A stretch of DNA of 47,398 nucleotides from Planctomycetota bacterium (GTDB lineage Bacteria > Planctomycetota > J058 > JARGOJ01), in contig JARGOJ010000001.1 of the NCBI GenBank assembly GCA_029210225.1, forward strand, positions 1 to 47,398, read 5' to 3'. The notes below the pieces were generated by a model. The model was given only the letters and a program-made list of their open reading frames with translations, had not been told where the DNA came from and searched no databases. Positions 1 to 9,316 of this stretch are shown here, piece by piece (position 1 is the first letter of the stretch; every line of letters starts with the position of its first letter). Both the position numbers and the translations under genes were made by a program.

Positions 1-39
1 GGCAACTGCGATAGTCAGTGCACTAGCAAAAGCTTTCAT
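1..39 (-). CDS. 5' end of an exported-protein gene running off the left edge (13 codons visible)
   Basis: ATG at 37-39 on the minus strand, preceded by a GAGGAA Shine-Dalgarno. The first codons, MKAFASALTIAVA, resemble a signal-peptide core. Confidence 0.3.
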   Translation of the reverse strand, partial: MKAFASALTIAVA

Positions 40-224
40 GATTTCCTCTTCTCTTATTCTTCTTTTCCCTACGCGTCCCGTATGCCTCTCTCTTAAGCGA
101 GCACCGTGCCAAAACGATATTTTTTATGACATTCGTTTAGCATGATATTAAAAGAGCATATATGTCTCTCTGCAGTATCAAATTGGATACACTTGTCTTG
201 TAGAGCTTAAAAACAAGGGTACAT

Positions 225-258
225 AAGAAGACCTGGGCGGCCATTCCCAGGTCTTCTT
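225..258 (-). terminator. Hairpin downstream of the secretin gene
   Basis: 13-bp perfect stem aagaagacctggg / cccaggtcttctt with an 8-nt loop, about 80 nt past the secretin stop. There is no clean T-run. Confidence 0.45.
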
Positions 259-336
259 GAAGGAAAATAGTGGAGAGGACAACGTTTCAGGAATCCTCAA
301 CTCCATGTGCTTCTATATTAAGTAGAAGGGCATGCC

Positions 337-2454
337 TCAATCAAATGGATTCGCGCTTCCAGTTCCAAAGAGTTCGAAAGCCTTGTCTTGCAGGCGACCT
401 TTACGGGAATTTTCGTCAGGAACGATGGCCGGTAGCCAATCTTCACGCTCTGATTCACGGTGGGCTTTCTCTCGTAGGAAAGAAGTGGCGCGGACATCAT
501 CGCGAAAGTTATCGTCGAAGAAGATCACAGGGCGAATGAAGACATAGACCTTGGTGTGGTCCTCTGTCCGTCGCCATTGCTTGAACAAGTGTCCCAGGTA
601 TGGAATATCTCCAAGGAAAGGGACCTTCGACTCAACGATCTGATTTCCCTGACGGTCAAAGCCACCGAAGACGATGTATTTCCCGTTAGGAACTGTCACT
701 CGGCCTCGATACTCCCGGGAGCTTGTCGCTGGAGGCAAGGTTGGGCTTGGACGTGCGCCAAAAGAAGAAATGACCAACTCAACCTCTAAGGTCAGGTTGT
801 CGTTGCTGTTCACCTGGGGTTGAATCGTCAAGGTGGAGGTCGCGTCGACGAACTGCACATTCTGCTGAGAGGCCACGTTATTAACAGTTGTCGTGTTAAA
901 GGGCTGGCGGTTACTGACTCGAAAGGTCGCCGTATCATTATCATTCGTGATCGCGAAGGGGGTCGTGATTCGCTTTGACTCCGTGTATGACTGAAGAACG
1001 TTGAGAATCACAGGGACCTGATCGAAGGTGTCTTTCGTAAGAAGAGCAGTGACTCCCTGTTGAAGGCGGTTGACTGCGTTACGACCCACACCATTTTGAT
1101 CCACAGTGATATCTGATAAGCCAAAGCTTGTCGCAGCCAAAGGACGAATCGATCCTTCATGAGGCTGAGAAAGAGCGGCCAACTCTGTCGCAATGGTCAA
1201 ATCGTCATTCGCTGATATCTCCCAAACCATAGCTTCAATAAAAACGCGACGACGCTTCTTGTCGAGCTGGCGGAGGAGCTTGCGAATGGCTGCGTATTCA
1301 TCTTCTTCAGCTTGAATCAATAAGGAGTTTGTCCGTTGATCCGCGACAATCCGAGTGTCGATTTGGCGAGGAGCACCAGTTTGTTGAACGGCTCCTCCTC
1401 GAGCGCCCCCGACTCCTCCGCGAGTATTCCTATTATTAACGCCTCCGGTGTTTCCTCGTCGCACAGTAGAGTTTGTGTTGGTGCGACTTTGAAGTTGATT
1501 AGAGAAGAGCTCTTGGAGTTTGTCGGCGAGGATCTCAGCGTTGGAGTTCTGACATTTATAAACGTGAAACTTGCCGGTCTCTTCTTTGACTCGAACGTCA
1601 AGCTCAGCGATGAGGCGCTCTATCTCTTCAAACTGGTAGGAGTAGGCTCGCATAATGAGCTTTCCTGTTGGATCGTGAGCAATAAAGAGAGGAGCCGCAA
1701 TTTGGGCATTGACGGCAACGGCAAAACCTTGAGGTCTGTTTTGAGGTTGGTTGGCAGCGAAGAGCTGTGAGAGTACCTGAGTGATCTCGGAAGGGACGGC
1801 AAACTCTAAACGACGCAAACGCATGATTTGCCCTGGAGCGCGAATATCGAGAGCTTTGATAATTTTTCGGTAGTAGACGACGTTCACGGCAAAATCGGTG
1901 ACGAGGATCACTTCGGGGCCTCGAACATAGAGGATTTCCCCAGCGCGGCTCCGGTCTTGATTTAGGATTCCACGAAGATTCTGAAAGATCTCACTTCCAG
2001 CGCCGTGATCGATTTGAATCACCGCGGTCACGATCTCATTACTAATGGTCGCTTTGTCGTTCTTATCCTTCTTAATAGGGAAGGGTGGATTCTGGGTTGT
2101 TGGTATATCCCGCTTAAGAAGGGCCTTAATGAGAATTTGACCGCCAGGAATCTTCTCTTCAACGATGGCTATGCCATTCATTTGAAGGATCTTCTTGAAG
2201 ACACTCCAGCTCACTTTGTTTGTCCGAGTAAGCAAGTTGATTTGCTGGCTTCTCACCTTCGTATCGGCGACAACAATGTGTCCGAGGGTGATTCCCCAGC
2301 TCTGAAGAACCTCATCGACCTTGAATTTTTCCCCGGGATCGAGAGTCAATTCAAGAACCATATCATCGAGGTTCTTTGGCTTGGGTTTGGCGTCTTGAGC
2401 CCACAGGTTGGAGCTTGCAAGAATACCAACAGCAAGGATTACAAAAGTTCGCAT
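337..2454 (-). CDS. gspD: Outer-membrane secretin, GspD (type II secretion / type IV pilus) family, 705 aa
   Basis: Signal peptide MRTFVILAVGILASSNLWAQD from the internal ATG at 2452-2454. Secretin-N-like repeats (FHVYKCQNSNAEILADKLQELF; RIVADQRTNSLLIQAEEDEYAAIRKLLRQLD). C-terminal secretin motif VPFLGDIPYLGHLFK. Confidence 0.85.
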   Translation of the reverse strand: MRTFVILAVGILASSNLWAQDAKPKPKNLDDMVLELTLDPGEKFKVDEVLQSWGITLGHIVVADTKVRSQQINLLTRTNKVSWSVFKKILQMNGIAIVEEKIPGGQILIKALLKRDIPTTQNPPFPIKKDKNDKATISNEIVTAVIQIDHGAGSEIFQNLRGILNQDRSRAGEILYVRGPEVILVTDFAVNVVYYRKIIKALDIRAPGQIMRLRRLEFAVPSEITQVLSQLFAANQPQNRPQGFAVAVNAQIAAPLFIAHDPTGKLIMRAYSYQFEEIERLIAELDVRVKEETGKFHVYKCQNSNAEILADKLQELFSNQLQSRTNTNSTVRRGNTGGVNNRNTRGGVGGARGGAVQQTGAPRQIDTRIVADQRTNSLLIQAEEDEYAAIRKLLRQLDKKRRRVFIEAMVWEISANDDLTIATELAALSQPHEGSIRPLAATSFGLSDITVDQNGVGRNAVNRLQQGVTALLTKDTFDQVPVILNVLQSYTESKRITTPFAITNDNDTATFRVSNRQPFNTTTVNNVASQQNVQFVDATSTLTIQPQVNSNDNLTLEVELVISSFGARPSPTLPPATSSREYRGRVTVPNGKYIVFGGFDRQGNQIVESKVPFLGDIPYLGHLFKQWRRTEDHTKVYVFIRPVIFFDDNFRDDVRATSFLREKAHRESEREDWLPAIVPDENSRKGRLQDKAFELFGTGSANPFD

Positions 2455-2719
2455 GGGTGATTTCAGCACTGACTGATCCTCAATGGTCCATCTCATAGAA
2501 GCGCAAGATCCTAAGATAACTTTGAGCTTCAAGACACATGGAAAGGTGAGATTTTATGGTTTGACGGACTTTTAGAAAGAGGGTTCAGAACGGATAAGGA
2601 ATGGATTTTCGCGAGTCTTGGCCAGATTTTTTGCTTTTTAACAAGACGGGGCTCTCATTTTTCTTAAGCTTTGCCCCTTAAAAGTCTAAGAACAGCAATA
2701 AAGTCGAAGGGTATTAAAC

Positions 2720-3283
2720 ATGGGAAGCATGAACGAGATCACTCGGGGCAGCACGATTTCACTGAATGATCAGCTCTGGGAAGTGACTGAGCACCTTCAT
2801 GCTCGTACGGGGCAGCGCAAACCAACAATGTGGACCAAGCTCCGAAATTTAAAGACCGGCAAGGTGATCGAGAATCAATTCAAACCGAGTGATAAAGTTG
2901 ATTTTATTCGCATCGATAGCAAGCCCATGGAATATCTCTATCGTGACGGGCAAAATTACGTCTTCATGAACCAGGAGACTTATGAGCAGCCTGCGATTCC
3001 TAAAGAAGTTGTTGAGCATATGCTCGATTTCTTAGTTGAAGGTACGGTTTGTAACTTTCGTTTCAACGAAGAAGACATTGTCGGAGCCGACTTACCCGAC
3101 ATTATGGAGTTCGAAGTCACAGAGGCTCCTCCTCATGTTCGAGGAGACACAGCGACCAATGATTTGCGTGAAGTCACAGTGTCTTCTGGGGCTGAGGTGA
3201 AGGTTCCCGCTTTTATCAAAGCCGGTGAACTCATCAAAATAGACACACGTACAAAAGAGTATGTAGGCCGCGCAAAGAGCTAA
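2720..3283 (+). CDS. efp: Translation elongation factor P
   Basis: Length of 187 aa and EF-P motifs throughout (KLRNLKTG, YLYRDG..YVFMNQETYEQ, VPAFIKAGELIKIDTRTKEYVGRA). The modification loop is atypical (see findings). Confidence 0.9.
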   Translation: MGSMNEITRGSTISLNDQLWEVTEHLHARTGQRKPTMWTKLRNLKTGKVIENQFKPSDKVDFIRIDSKPMEYLYRDGQNYVFMNQETYEQPAIPKEVVEHMLDFLVEGTVCNFRFNEEDIVGADLPDIMEFEVTEAPPHVRGDTATNDLREVTVSSGAEVKVPAFIKAGELIKIDTRTKEYVGRAKS

Positions 3284-3302
3284 AACAAGCGCTTCAGCGG
3301 AA

Positions 3303-3359
3303 AAATTAAAGAGAGGGTGGAGTTCTTCGTCAAGAATTCCTCCCTCTCTTTAATTTTTT
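3303..3359 (+). terminator. Rho-independent terminator after efp
   Basis: Stem aaattaaagagaggg..gg / cc..ccctctctttaattt followed by a T-run. Confidence 0.8.
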
Positions 3360-3544
3360 CTTGGAGATAACAAAACGGACATGCTATACATAAAGATACG
3401 GCTTTCCGTTAAGGCGTAAGAAATGTATGTAAGATATAGATATGTATGTGTGTATTTCATTAGGAAAGTTTCAGAGGAGTTAGAGAACTTATATAACTTA
3501 GTTTGTCACGCACTTCCGTTATATGGGAGGTGAGGAGAATACTC

Positions 3545-6500
3545 ATGACAACAAATTTAAAACGAAATCTGCTTTTTTCAGCAGTCACAACGATGGGTTG
3601 TGCTTTGGCCTTGTCAGGGCCTGTTTATGCGCAAGAGCAGTCAAACGGTAATCACGACGGCAATAATGGTAATGGTGTTGGAAATATCCTCCTTGGCAAT
3701 CAAGGAAACGATGGAGCCAATGGCGCCGCCGGTGGAACTAGAAACCACAAAGAGACCGTTAAGAAAAACAGCACAGGCTGCACTTCTCGTGGCACTGTGA
3801 CTTACAAGGAACCGACTACAAAGGGTTTCACTTGTAAGAAAGCCTCCATTGATCAATACAAAGAAATCAAGGCGAACAATCCAGGGTGCGAGGTTATCTC
3901 CACTGATGGTGGATCAGACGATCCTGATTTCGCAAACATGGAAACAAGCTTTGTTGGAGCGATCTTCGCGCCAAACACAACTTGTACTGTCACTTACGTC
4001 CCTGCACGTGAAGTGGAAGACGGCGTGACCATCCCAACAGAGGATGATCTTGATACTTGCGAGAATGTTTATTTCAAGCGGGTCAAGTGCTACTACGTCA
4101 CTCTTAATAAAGAGAAGTGCTTCAAGTTCAAGCGTCGCACAGACGCTGAAGTCAACGAAGAAGCAAGTGAGTGTCAAGGTAGAATAGAGAAGGCGCAAAA
4201 AGACGAGAAGGACGCACGCGAAGCTCTCGAAGACGCCGAAGAAGACGTTAATAAGAAGACAAGAGAATATGAGTCTTGCAAGAAAGACCGCGATGAAGCT
4301 GACACTAAGCAAAGAGCTTGTCTTCGCGATAAAGACGACTCTAAGAGAAAACTAGACTCATGCGTTAGAGACAACAAGTCTTCTCAGAGCAAGAGAAAGT
4401 CTTGTGGCGATAAGTACAACAGCGATAAATCGAAATATGACAACGAGCGTAAGAAGTACGATGACCTCCGTGTCTCTTGTAGTAACAAATTTGAGAAGGT
4501 TGAATCAGCTCGTAAGACGGCTGAAAATCGTCAAAAGACTCTCATTGAGAAGCAAGCCAAGTCTCGCGAAGTGATCGCTGAGTGCGAAGCTGTTTTTGAA
4601 GAAAAACGTAAGAGAGACTCTGGCCTTGACACTTTAGACGACGTCGACTTTGACGAAGTCAGCAAAGCTTTAGACGTTCTCACTGGTTATGTCGAGCAAG
4701 AGTTCAGACTCCTTCAGAAAGACCGCAGCGAAGGCAAGTGCAACGGCTGGTCAAACACCTCCTTCTCTTCAATGTCCTTCCGTAAAGACGGACAACTTTG
4801 TGTGTCTGTTTACAGTGGTCTTTACACCAAGTCAGAAGCTGGCGAAGGCGACGTTTCTGTCGCTAAGTATCAAAAAGACGCTGAAACAAAGAGCTGTGGT
4901 GACGGCGATCCTTTGAAGTCAAACTCTTCTCTCAAGCGTAACAGCGAGACAGACTCATTCCGTGACAATGCTTGCGAGCGTATTCAATACGACTGGAAGC
5001 AACGTTGCCGCAGTTATGCAAACTTCAATCGTTTGGTTCCTCAAGCTGAGACAGCAAGCACTCGCTACGTTGAAGTTCAAGAGTCTTCAGAGAGAGTTTA
5101 TGACACACGTTGTATTCCTTCTACCAATGAAGAAGCCAACAAAGACACCCTCGCGAACCTCTGTAGCTCATACGAAGGTAAGAGCCTTTCAGCGGCTCAA
5201 AAGCGTATTGAAGAAGTGAAGAACCAAGGCTTCGGCAAAGACATTGTCAATGTAAGAATCCCTGACTTCTTCGTTCGCCTCGGTGACGAAGACGCCTTCG
5301 GTTTCAGAAACATTGGTAACTACTACGCTTCTTTCGGTGGCGCTTGCGACACTGACGGAAACGGATTGCTCGGCCCTGGTGAGTTCATGCCAAACCTAAA
5401 TGGTGGCGAAGGTATTAAATCATCTTGTGCAACAGGCGCTAAGGACGACTTCTGTAACCGCGACAACGCCGAGTTGACTGACACTGCCAACTACTCAAAC
5501 GGTTGTGTTGTTCACGTTGGAACAACGGGATCAAAGTATACCGACGTCGCCCTCTCTACTAGCTGGACCTCTTCACTCAATAAATCAAAGACAAAGGGCT
5601 TCTACTACAACCATCCTGGTAAAGACCACGACGGTCGTATGCACACAATCGCTGGTAGAACTTATGAAGAGATTGCAGCTGCTGGTTTCCCTGATGGCGG
5701 ATCGTCACGCAACCTTCCCAACATGCCTGGCCTTGTGGTCGATTGTAAAATCAGCCCAGCGACTCTCGCTAAGTTGCGTCGTAATAACAGCAACAAGTTC
5801 GGTTCAATCTTCGTGAATATTCTCGCTGCTGACTGGGACGTTCCTCCATTCAAGCTTGTGATCACGAATGCTAATGGCGACTCCTACACTTACCCAATCA
5901 CTCGCCAGTCGAATGCTAAGGGTGAAGACGGAATGGTCCAAGCCGGATTCGTAACATTGAGCATGGATGACTTCTGTGACGCGAGTGGAAACTTCTTCCT
6001 TCAAGCGAACTTTGAAGCTCCTAAAGAGCCTTATGTCACTATCGACTACCTCGAAGTCAGCACTCGAGTCATCTCTGTGGAGCCTGATCAAAACGAGCTT
6101 TATGTCACAGGTGATATCCAAGTTGGTCCTGACGGTGAGTCGAAGTATGACATTACCGATCACTCTGGTGCAAAGCTTCGCGCTGAAAGCCTTCGCTTCG
6201 TTCCTGAGCCAAAGCTCGACACAAGTAAAACTCCTAGTCCAAGAACCTTTGGACCTGGAACGACGACAATCCTCACCTCCGAAACTTACGACAACTTTGT
6301 CCTTTCAGCTGGTTCAACAGTGATCATCAAAGGCAATGTGACTCTTAACGTTCTCGGAAAAATGGAAGTCCCTCTCGGATCTCGCTTAATCATGGAAGAT
6401 ATCAGCCCAGGACGCGCTTCAAAAGCTGAGATCTTTGTCGGTGGTGACGTAAACATCACTGGAATGTTCGAGAACACTGTTGCCAAGAACTTCCGCATTG

Positions 6501-6718
6501 TGTCCATACAGGACGCAGCCAACGGCGGAGCTGGCGTGAACATCACGATCTCTAAAGATTTCATTGGTGCTATCGCTGCGAAAGACGTCCGGATTACCAC
6601 AGAGAATGGCGCTAAAATCAGCTTTACTTACGATAAAGCGGCTGCTCTTCAAGGTATTGAAGGAAGTAAAGAACGACTTGTTGTTAAGGCTCTCCTCGAC
6701 GACAGACTCGGCAACTAA
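3545..6718 (+). CDS. Large secreted Cys-rich protein (1057 aa) with a charged coiled-coil segment and a beta-helix-like C-terminus; function unknown
   Basis: ATG at 3545 preceded by GGAGGTGAGGAG. Signal peptide MTTNLKRNLLFSAVTTMGCALALSGPVYAQE. K/D/E-rich region with regularly spaced Cys. The C-terminus has repetitive V/I-x-I-x-G strands. It heads a cassette with three pseudopilin-like genes. Confidence 0.7.
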   Translation: MTTNLKRNLLFSAVTTMGCALALSGPVYAQEQSNGNHDGNNGNGVGNILLGNQGNDGANGAAGGTRNHKETVKKNSTGCTSRGTVTYKEPTTKGFTCKKASIDQYKEIKANNPGCEVISTDGGSDDPDFANMETSFVGAIFAPNTTCTVTYVPAREVEDGVTIPTEDDLDTCENVYFKRVKCYYVTLNKEKCFKFKRRTDAEVNEEASECQGRIEKAQKDEKDAREALEDAEEDVNKKTREYESCKKDRDEADTKQRACLRDKDDSKRKLDSCVRDNKSSQSKRKSCGDKYNSDKSKYDNERKKYDDLRVSCSNKFEKVESARKTAENRQKTLIEKQAKSREVIAECEAVFEEKRKRDSGLDTLDDVDFDEVSKALDVLTGYVEQEFRLLQKDRSEGKCNGWSNTSFSSMSFRKDGQLCVSVYSGLYTKSEAGEGDVSVAKYQKDAETKSCGDGDPLKSNSSLKRNSETDSFRDNACERIQYDWKQRCRSYANFNRLVPQAETASTRYVEVQESSERVYDTRCIPSTNEEANKDTLANLCSSYEGKSLSAAQKRIEEVKNQGFGKDIVNVRIPDFFVRLGDEDAFGFRNIGNYYASFGGACDTDGNGLLGPGEFMPNLNGGEGIKSSCATGAKDDFCNRDNAELTDTANYSNGCVVHVGTTGSKYTDVALSTSWTSSLNKSKTKGFYYNHPGKDHDGRMHTIAGRTYEEIAAAGFPDGGSSRNLPNMPGLVVDCKISPATLAKLRRNNSNKFGSIFVNILAADWDVPPFKLVITNANGDSYTYPITRQSNAKGEDGMVQAGFVTLSMDDFCDASGNFFLQANFEAPKEPYVTIDYLEVSTRVISVEPDQNELYVTGDIQVGPDGESKYDITDHSGAKLRAESLRFVPEPKLDTSKTPSPRTFGPGTTTILTSETYDNFVLSAGSTVIIKGNVTLNVLGKMEVPLGSRLIMEDISPGRASKAEIFVGGDVNITGMFENTVAKNFRIVSIQDAANGGAGVNITISKDFIGAIAAKDVRITTENGAKISFTYDKAAALQGIEGSKERLVVKALLDDRLGN

Positions 6719-6805
6719 TCATTTAACAATGACTTACAGCCATGCATCTTGGTCCTTATAAACCATAGATGCATGGCTTTTCCTCTATTTACACGAGAGG
6801 TCTAT

Positions 6806-7543
6806 ATGCGAAATCTATTCAAGAACAATTCAAAGCAAAACAAAAAACAACACAATGAGCGCGGTAACTCACTCTTTATGTGCCTCATTATTTCAAGCGT
6901 TTTCATTACCCTGTCCCTCACACTCATCACCTCAGTAGATACAAACAGAAGGGTTGTAACCCACAACACCAACCAGTTTCTAGCTCATCAGTCGGCCCTC
7001 ATCGGCATGCAGATATCTGTAGATATGATCAACGAAGCCTTCCTAGACCCAATCTCCTCTATTCTCAGCGTTGATACTGCTGGAAATATTGAAGGAGTTG
7101 GAAAGTCTCGATCAGATCCTTTTGTTGCTGGGCTTCCTCCCATAAGTGGTCACACCAGACTTGGTCTCGGAGCCATTGAAGACACGATTCAAGATTTCCG
7201 AGAGGTGCCTTTTACGGGAATCATGCCAACTCAAACCCAGCTTGAAGAAAAGCCTAACGGTTACTTCTTCGTTCAAGCGAAGCGTATTCAAGACTCTTGG
7301 GAGCTAAGGATTCGCGGCAAGTGGCGCAAAAACGTCCGACGCATCCGCACCCTTGTCACACCTGAAGAAGGCAAGCCTTTTAGGCTTGGTATTTATGGAA
7401 CCTCAAGCGTTGTTGTGGATGGTCCGGGAAACATTGACTGGATCAACTCAGAGGATCTTACCGACATCGATACTCCTATTGTCCTCGATTCTGGCGGTAA
7501 CATGACTGTAGTTAAAGATCCTGATAACACCAACAATCCATGA
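6806..7543 (+). CDS. Pseudopilin-like protein (PilX/GspK-like N-terminal anchor), 245 aa
   Basis: ATG at 6806 with a GAGAGG RBS. Basic N-terminus followed by a single hydrophobic helix, ERGNSLFMCLIISSVFITLSLTLI. Confidence 0.55.
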   Translation: MRNLFKNNSKQNKKQHNERGNSLFMCLIISSVFITLSLTLITSVDTNRRVVTHNTNQFLAHQSALIGMQISVDMINEAFLDPISSILSVDTAGNIEGVGKSRSDPFVAGLPPISGHTRLGLGAIEDTIQDFREVPFTGIMPTQTQLEEKPNGYFFVQAKRIQDSWELRIRGKWRKNVRRIRTLVTPEEGKPFRLGIYGTSSVVVDGPGNIDWINSEDLTDIDTPIVLDSGGNMTVVKDPDNTNNP

Positions 7544-7563
7544 ACTCTGATTGGAGTATATAA

Positions 7564-8037
7564 ATGAGAAGAAATTTTAAGCTTCGATCACTCTTCGGCT
7601 TCAACCTTATTGGTGTAGCCATTGCTTCCTCGATCCTCAGCCTTGTAGGAATGGGAACAATCTCCACCGTCATTAGTTCAATCAAACTTGACTCAGTAAG
7701 CCGCGATCGAAATTTAGCCGTTCGAGCCGTTCAAGCAGAGTTTGAAAATATCCAGTTAATGGATAAGACAACCTTCTTGCAAAACTTTGATTTATCGAAC
7801 GTTGGAGTTTTGAGTGGAGATTTTCCTGTTCCAGGGCTCATTCACCAACAGGATTCCAGCGGCAATGACTTGCCCTCAATTGGTTTTATCTATGTGACAG
7901 TCCCACCAAAATTTGCAAGTAGTCCGAATGGCTCAGAAGTTTTCAATGTCTATGTCGAGGTTCGATATAGAAACAAATTTGTAGGAGATATCACCCAAAA
8001 ATTTACTCTTATAGTAACTCCGCCCGCAAGCTTTTAA
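7564..8037 (+). CDS. Pseudopilin-like protein with a degenerate prepilin N-terminus, 157 aa
   Basis: N-terminus RSLFGFNLIGVAIASSILSLVG resembles a prepilin methylation domain but has Gly where the usual Glu+5 would be. Confidence 0.55.
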   Translation: MRRNFKLRSLFGFNLIGVAIASSILSLVGMGTISTVISSIKLDSVSRDRNLAVRAVQAEFENIQLMDKTTFLQNFDLSNVGVLSGDFPVPGLIHQQDSSGNDLPSIGFIYVTVPPKFASSPNGSEVFNVYVEVRYRNKFVGDITQKFTLIVTPPASF

Positions 8038-8048
8038 GGAGTTTCATC

Positions 8049-8732
8049 ATGTTTAATAAAAGACTTATATCAAAACAGTTTTCCCTACTTGAAGTCAGTA
8101 TATCCGTTGCAATTATGGGGATTTTGGTTGGAGCAATGTTCAGCCTTGTATCGGTCGCGGCGGATGCTTCCAGAAACAGCATTGATCTTATCGCTAAAGA
8201 TGTTGATGCCGATCAAGCGCTCACAGGCTTGATCAAACAACTTGAGACCGCAGTCGTCGATACTATTGTCGAACCTCAACTCAACACGGTTCCAACTCAA
8301 CGGGTTGTCTTCAAGAAGCAAGTCGATTTCATTCCTCCTGCTGGCCCTGGCTTAAAGCCTGTCTTTATTTTCTCAGAGGAGACTGTCATTCGTCTAGCGC
8401 AAGAAGCTCCAAGGAACGTTGCTATTGGAAGCAATGCTCTCGCTGACATTCTTGGAAACGGTATTGACGACGATGGCGATGGCTATATTGATGAAGGATC
8501 TGTTGTTTTGGAGATTGGTGGCGCAAGAAGAGCCGTTCTTATCGAAAACATTACCCAGCTGAACTTTTCAAGAAACTCAAAGCCCTCATTGACAGTCAAT
8601 ATCGAGAAAGTTGTTCGGCAGAAAAAGCAGCAATTTGATTCTACAGGCGTCCCCAATGGAGTCAAATTTCGCTCAATCAATATTTCTAGAACGATCTATC
8701 TCGCTAACAACCAAGACTTCAGCGATAATTAA
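8049..8732 (+). CDS. Prepilin-type N-terminal domain protein (minor pseudopilin-like), 227 aa
   Basis: N-terminus KQFSLLEVSISVAIMGILVGAMF matches the (G)FxLxE + hydrophobic helix pattern. RBS GGAG lies upstream. Confidence 0.6.
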   Translation: MFNKRLISKQFSLLEVSISVAIMGILVGAMFSLVSVAADASRNSIDLIAKDVDADQALTGLIKQLETAVVDTIVEPQLNTVPTQRVVFKKQVDFIPPAGPGLKPVFIFSEETVIRLAQEAPRNVAIGSNALADILGNGIDDDGDGYIDEGSVVLEIGGARRAVLIENITQLNFSRNSKPSLTVNIEKVVRQKKQQFDSTGVPNGVKFRSINISRTIYLANNQDFSDN

Positions 8733-8813
8733 TTCTTCTCCTAGGAATAATTGACCGCATGTTGTTAGAATAATAAGAACGCCTTTTCGGAAGCTTAAAT
8801 GCACTTTCCGAAC

Positions 8814-8850
8814 AGATCGCACCTGACATATACAGGTGCGATCTTTTTTT
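8814..8850 (+). terminator. Rho-independent terminator ending the pseudopilin cassette
   Basis: 12-bp perfect stem agatcgcacctg / caggtgcgatct, 7-nt loop, then TTTTTTT. Confidence 0.85.
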
Positions 8851-9025
8851 GTACCCAAATGAATGCCATGTCTTCATAAAACGACAAGGGTGAGTCAAAA
8901 AAGCTCGCTTAAAGCGCTCCGCTGTTTCGGATTTTATTTTTTTACTTTTGGTACAAGTCTTGTTATTGTTTGAGTAGTGTCAGGATTCATTTAACTAAGA
9001 TTCAACTCATTTAAGGGAGACAGTC

Positions 9026-9214
9026 ATGAAAGCTATTCTAGGCTCTTTAGTCGTCGCCGCAGCCTTCGCCTTAGGCGGAACAACAGCAACGAACGCTTGT
9101 GGTGGAATGACCACAGTCAACCCACCCCCACTGACTCTCGATGATCCCGTCGATCCTCCAACATTCGACGAAGAAGATCCAATTGAGCTCGGCGATGGTG
9201 AGTGCATTCTCTGA
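9026..9214 (+). CDS. Small exported (possibly lipo-)protein with an acidic Pro-rich C-terminus, 62 aa
   Basis: RBS AAGGGAGA. Signal peptide MKAILGSLVVAAAFALGGTTATNAC. A paralogous C-terminus is encoded at 47313-47398 (-). Confidence 0.6.
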   Translation: MKAILGSLVVAAAFALGGTTATNACGGMTTVNPPPLTLDDPVDPPTFDEEDPIELGDGECIL

Positions 9215-9228
9215 AATCCATTTCTGAG

Positions 9229-9274
9229 TAAAAAAGCAAGGAAGGCGGCCCAAAGCCGTCTTTTTTGCTTTTTT
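9229..9274 (+). terminator. Rho-independent terminator
   Basis: Composite hairpin aaaaaagcaag..ggcggc / gccgtc..ttttttgctttttt. Confidence 0.6.
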
Positions 9275-9316
9275 CAGATAGCCCAAATCACCTAGGACCA
9301 CTCTCCTCACACAATT

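Noticed and set aside
1336-2460. (+) ORFs of 144 and 151 aa inside the secretin gene.
   Set aside because: They are antisense to a secretin with clear family motifs and have no motifs or RBS.
337-2532. The longer secretin start (MKLKVILGSCASMRWT...) given in the ORF track.
   Set aside because: The internal ATG at 2452-2454 yields a canonical signal peptide directly, whereas the 26-codon extension has no such feature. I kept the shorter model, but the start is not proven.
3420-3460. The ATGTATGT-rich low-complexity stretch upstream of the 1057-aa gene as a phase-variation tract.
   Set aside because: The repeats are imperfect and short, with no homopolymer or clean SSR, so the evidence is insufficient.
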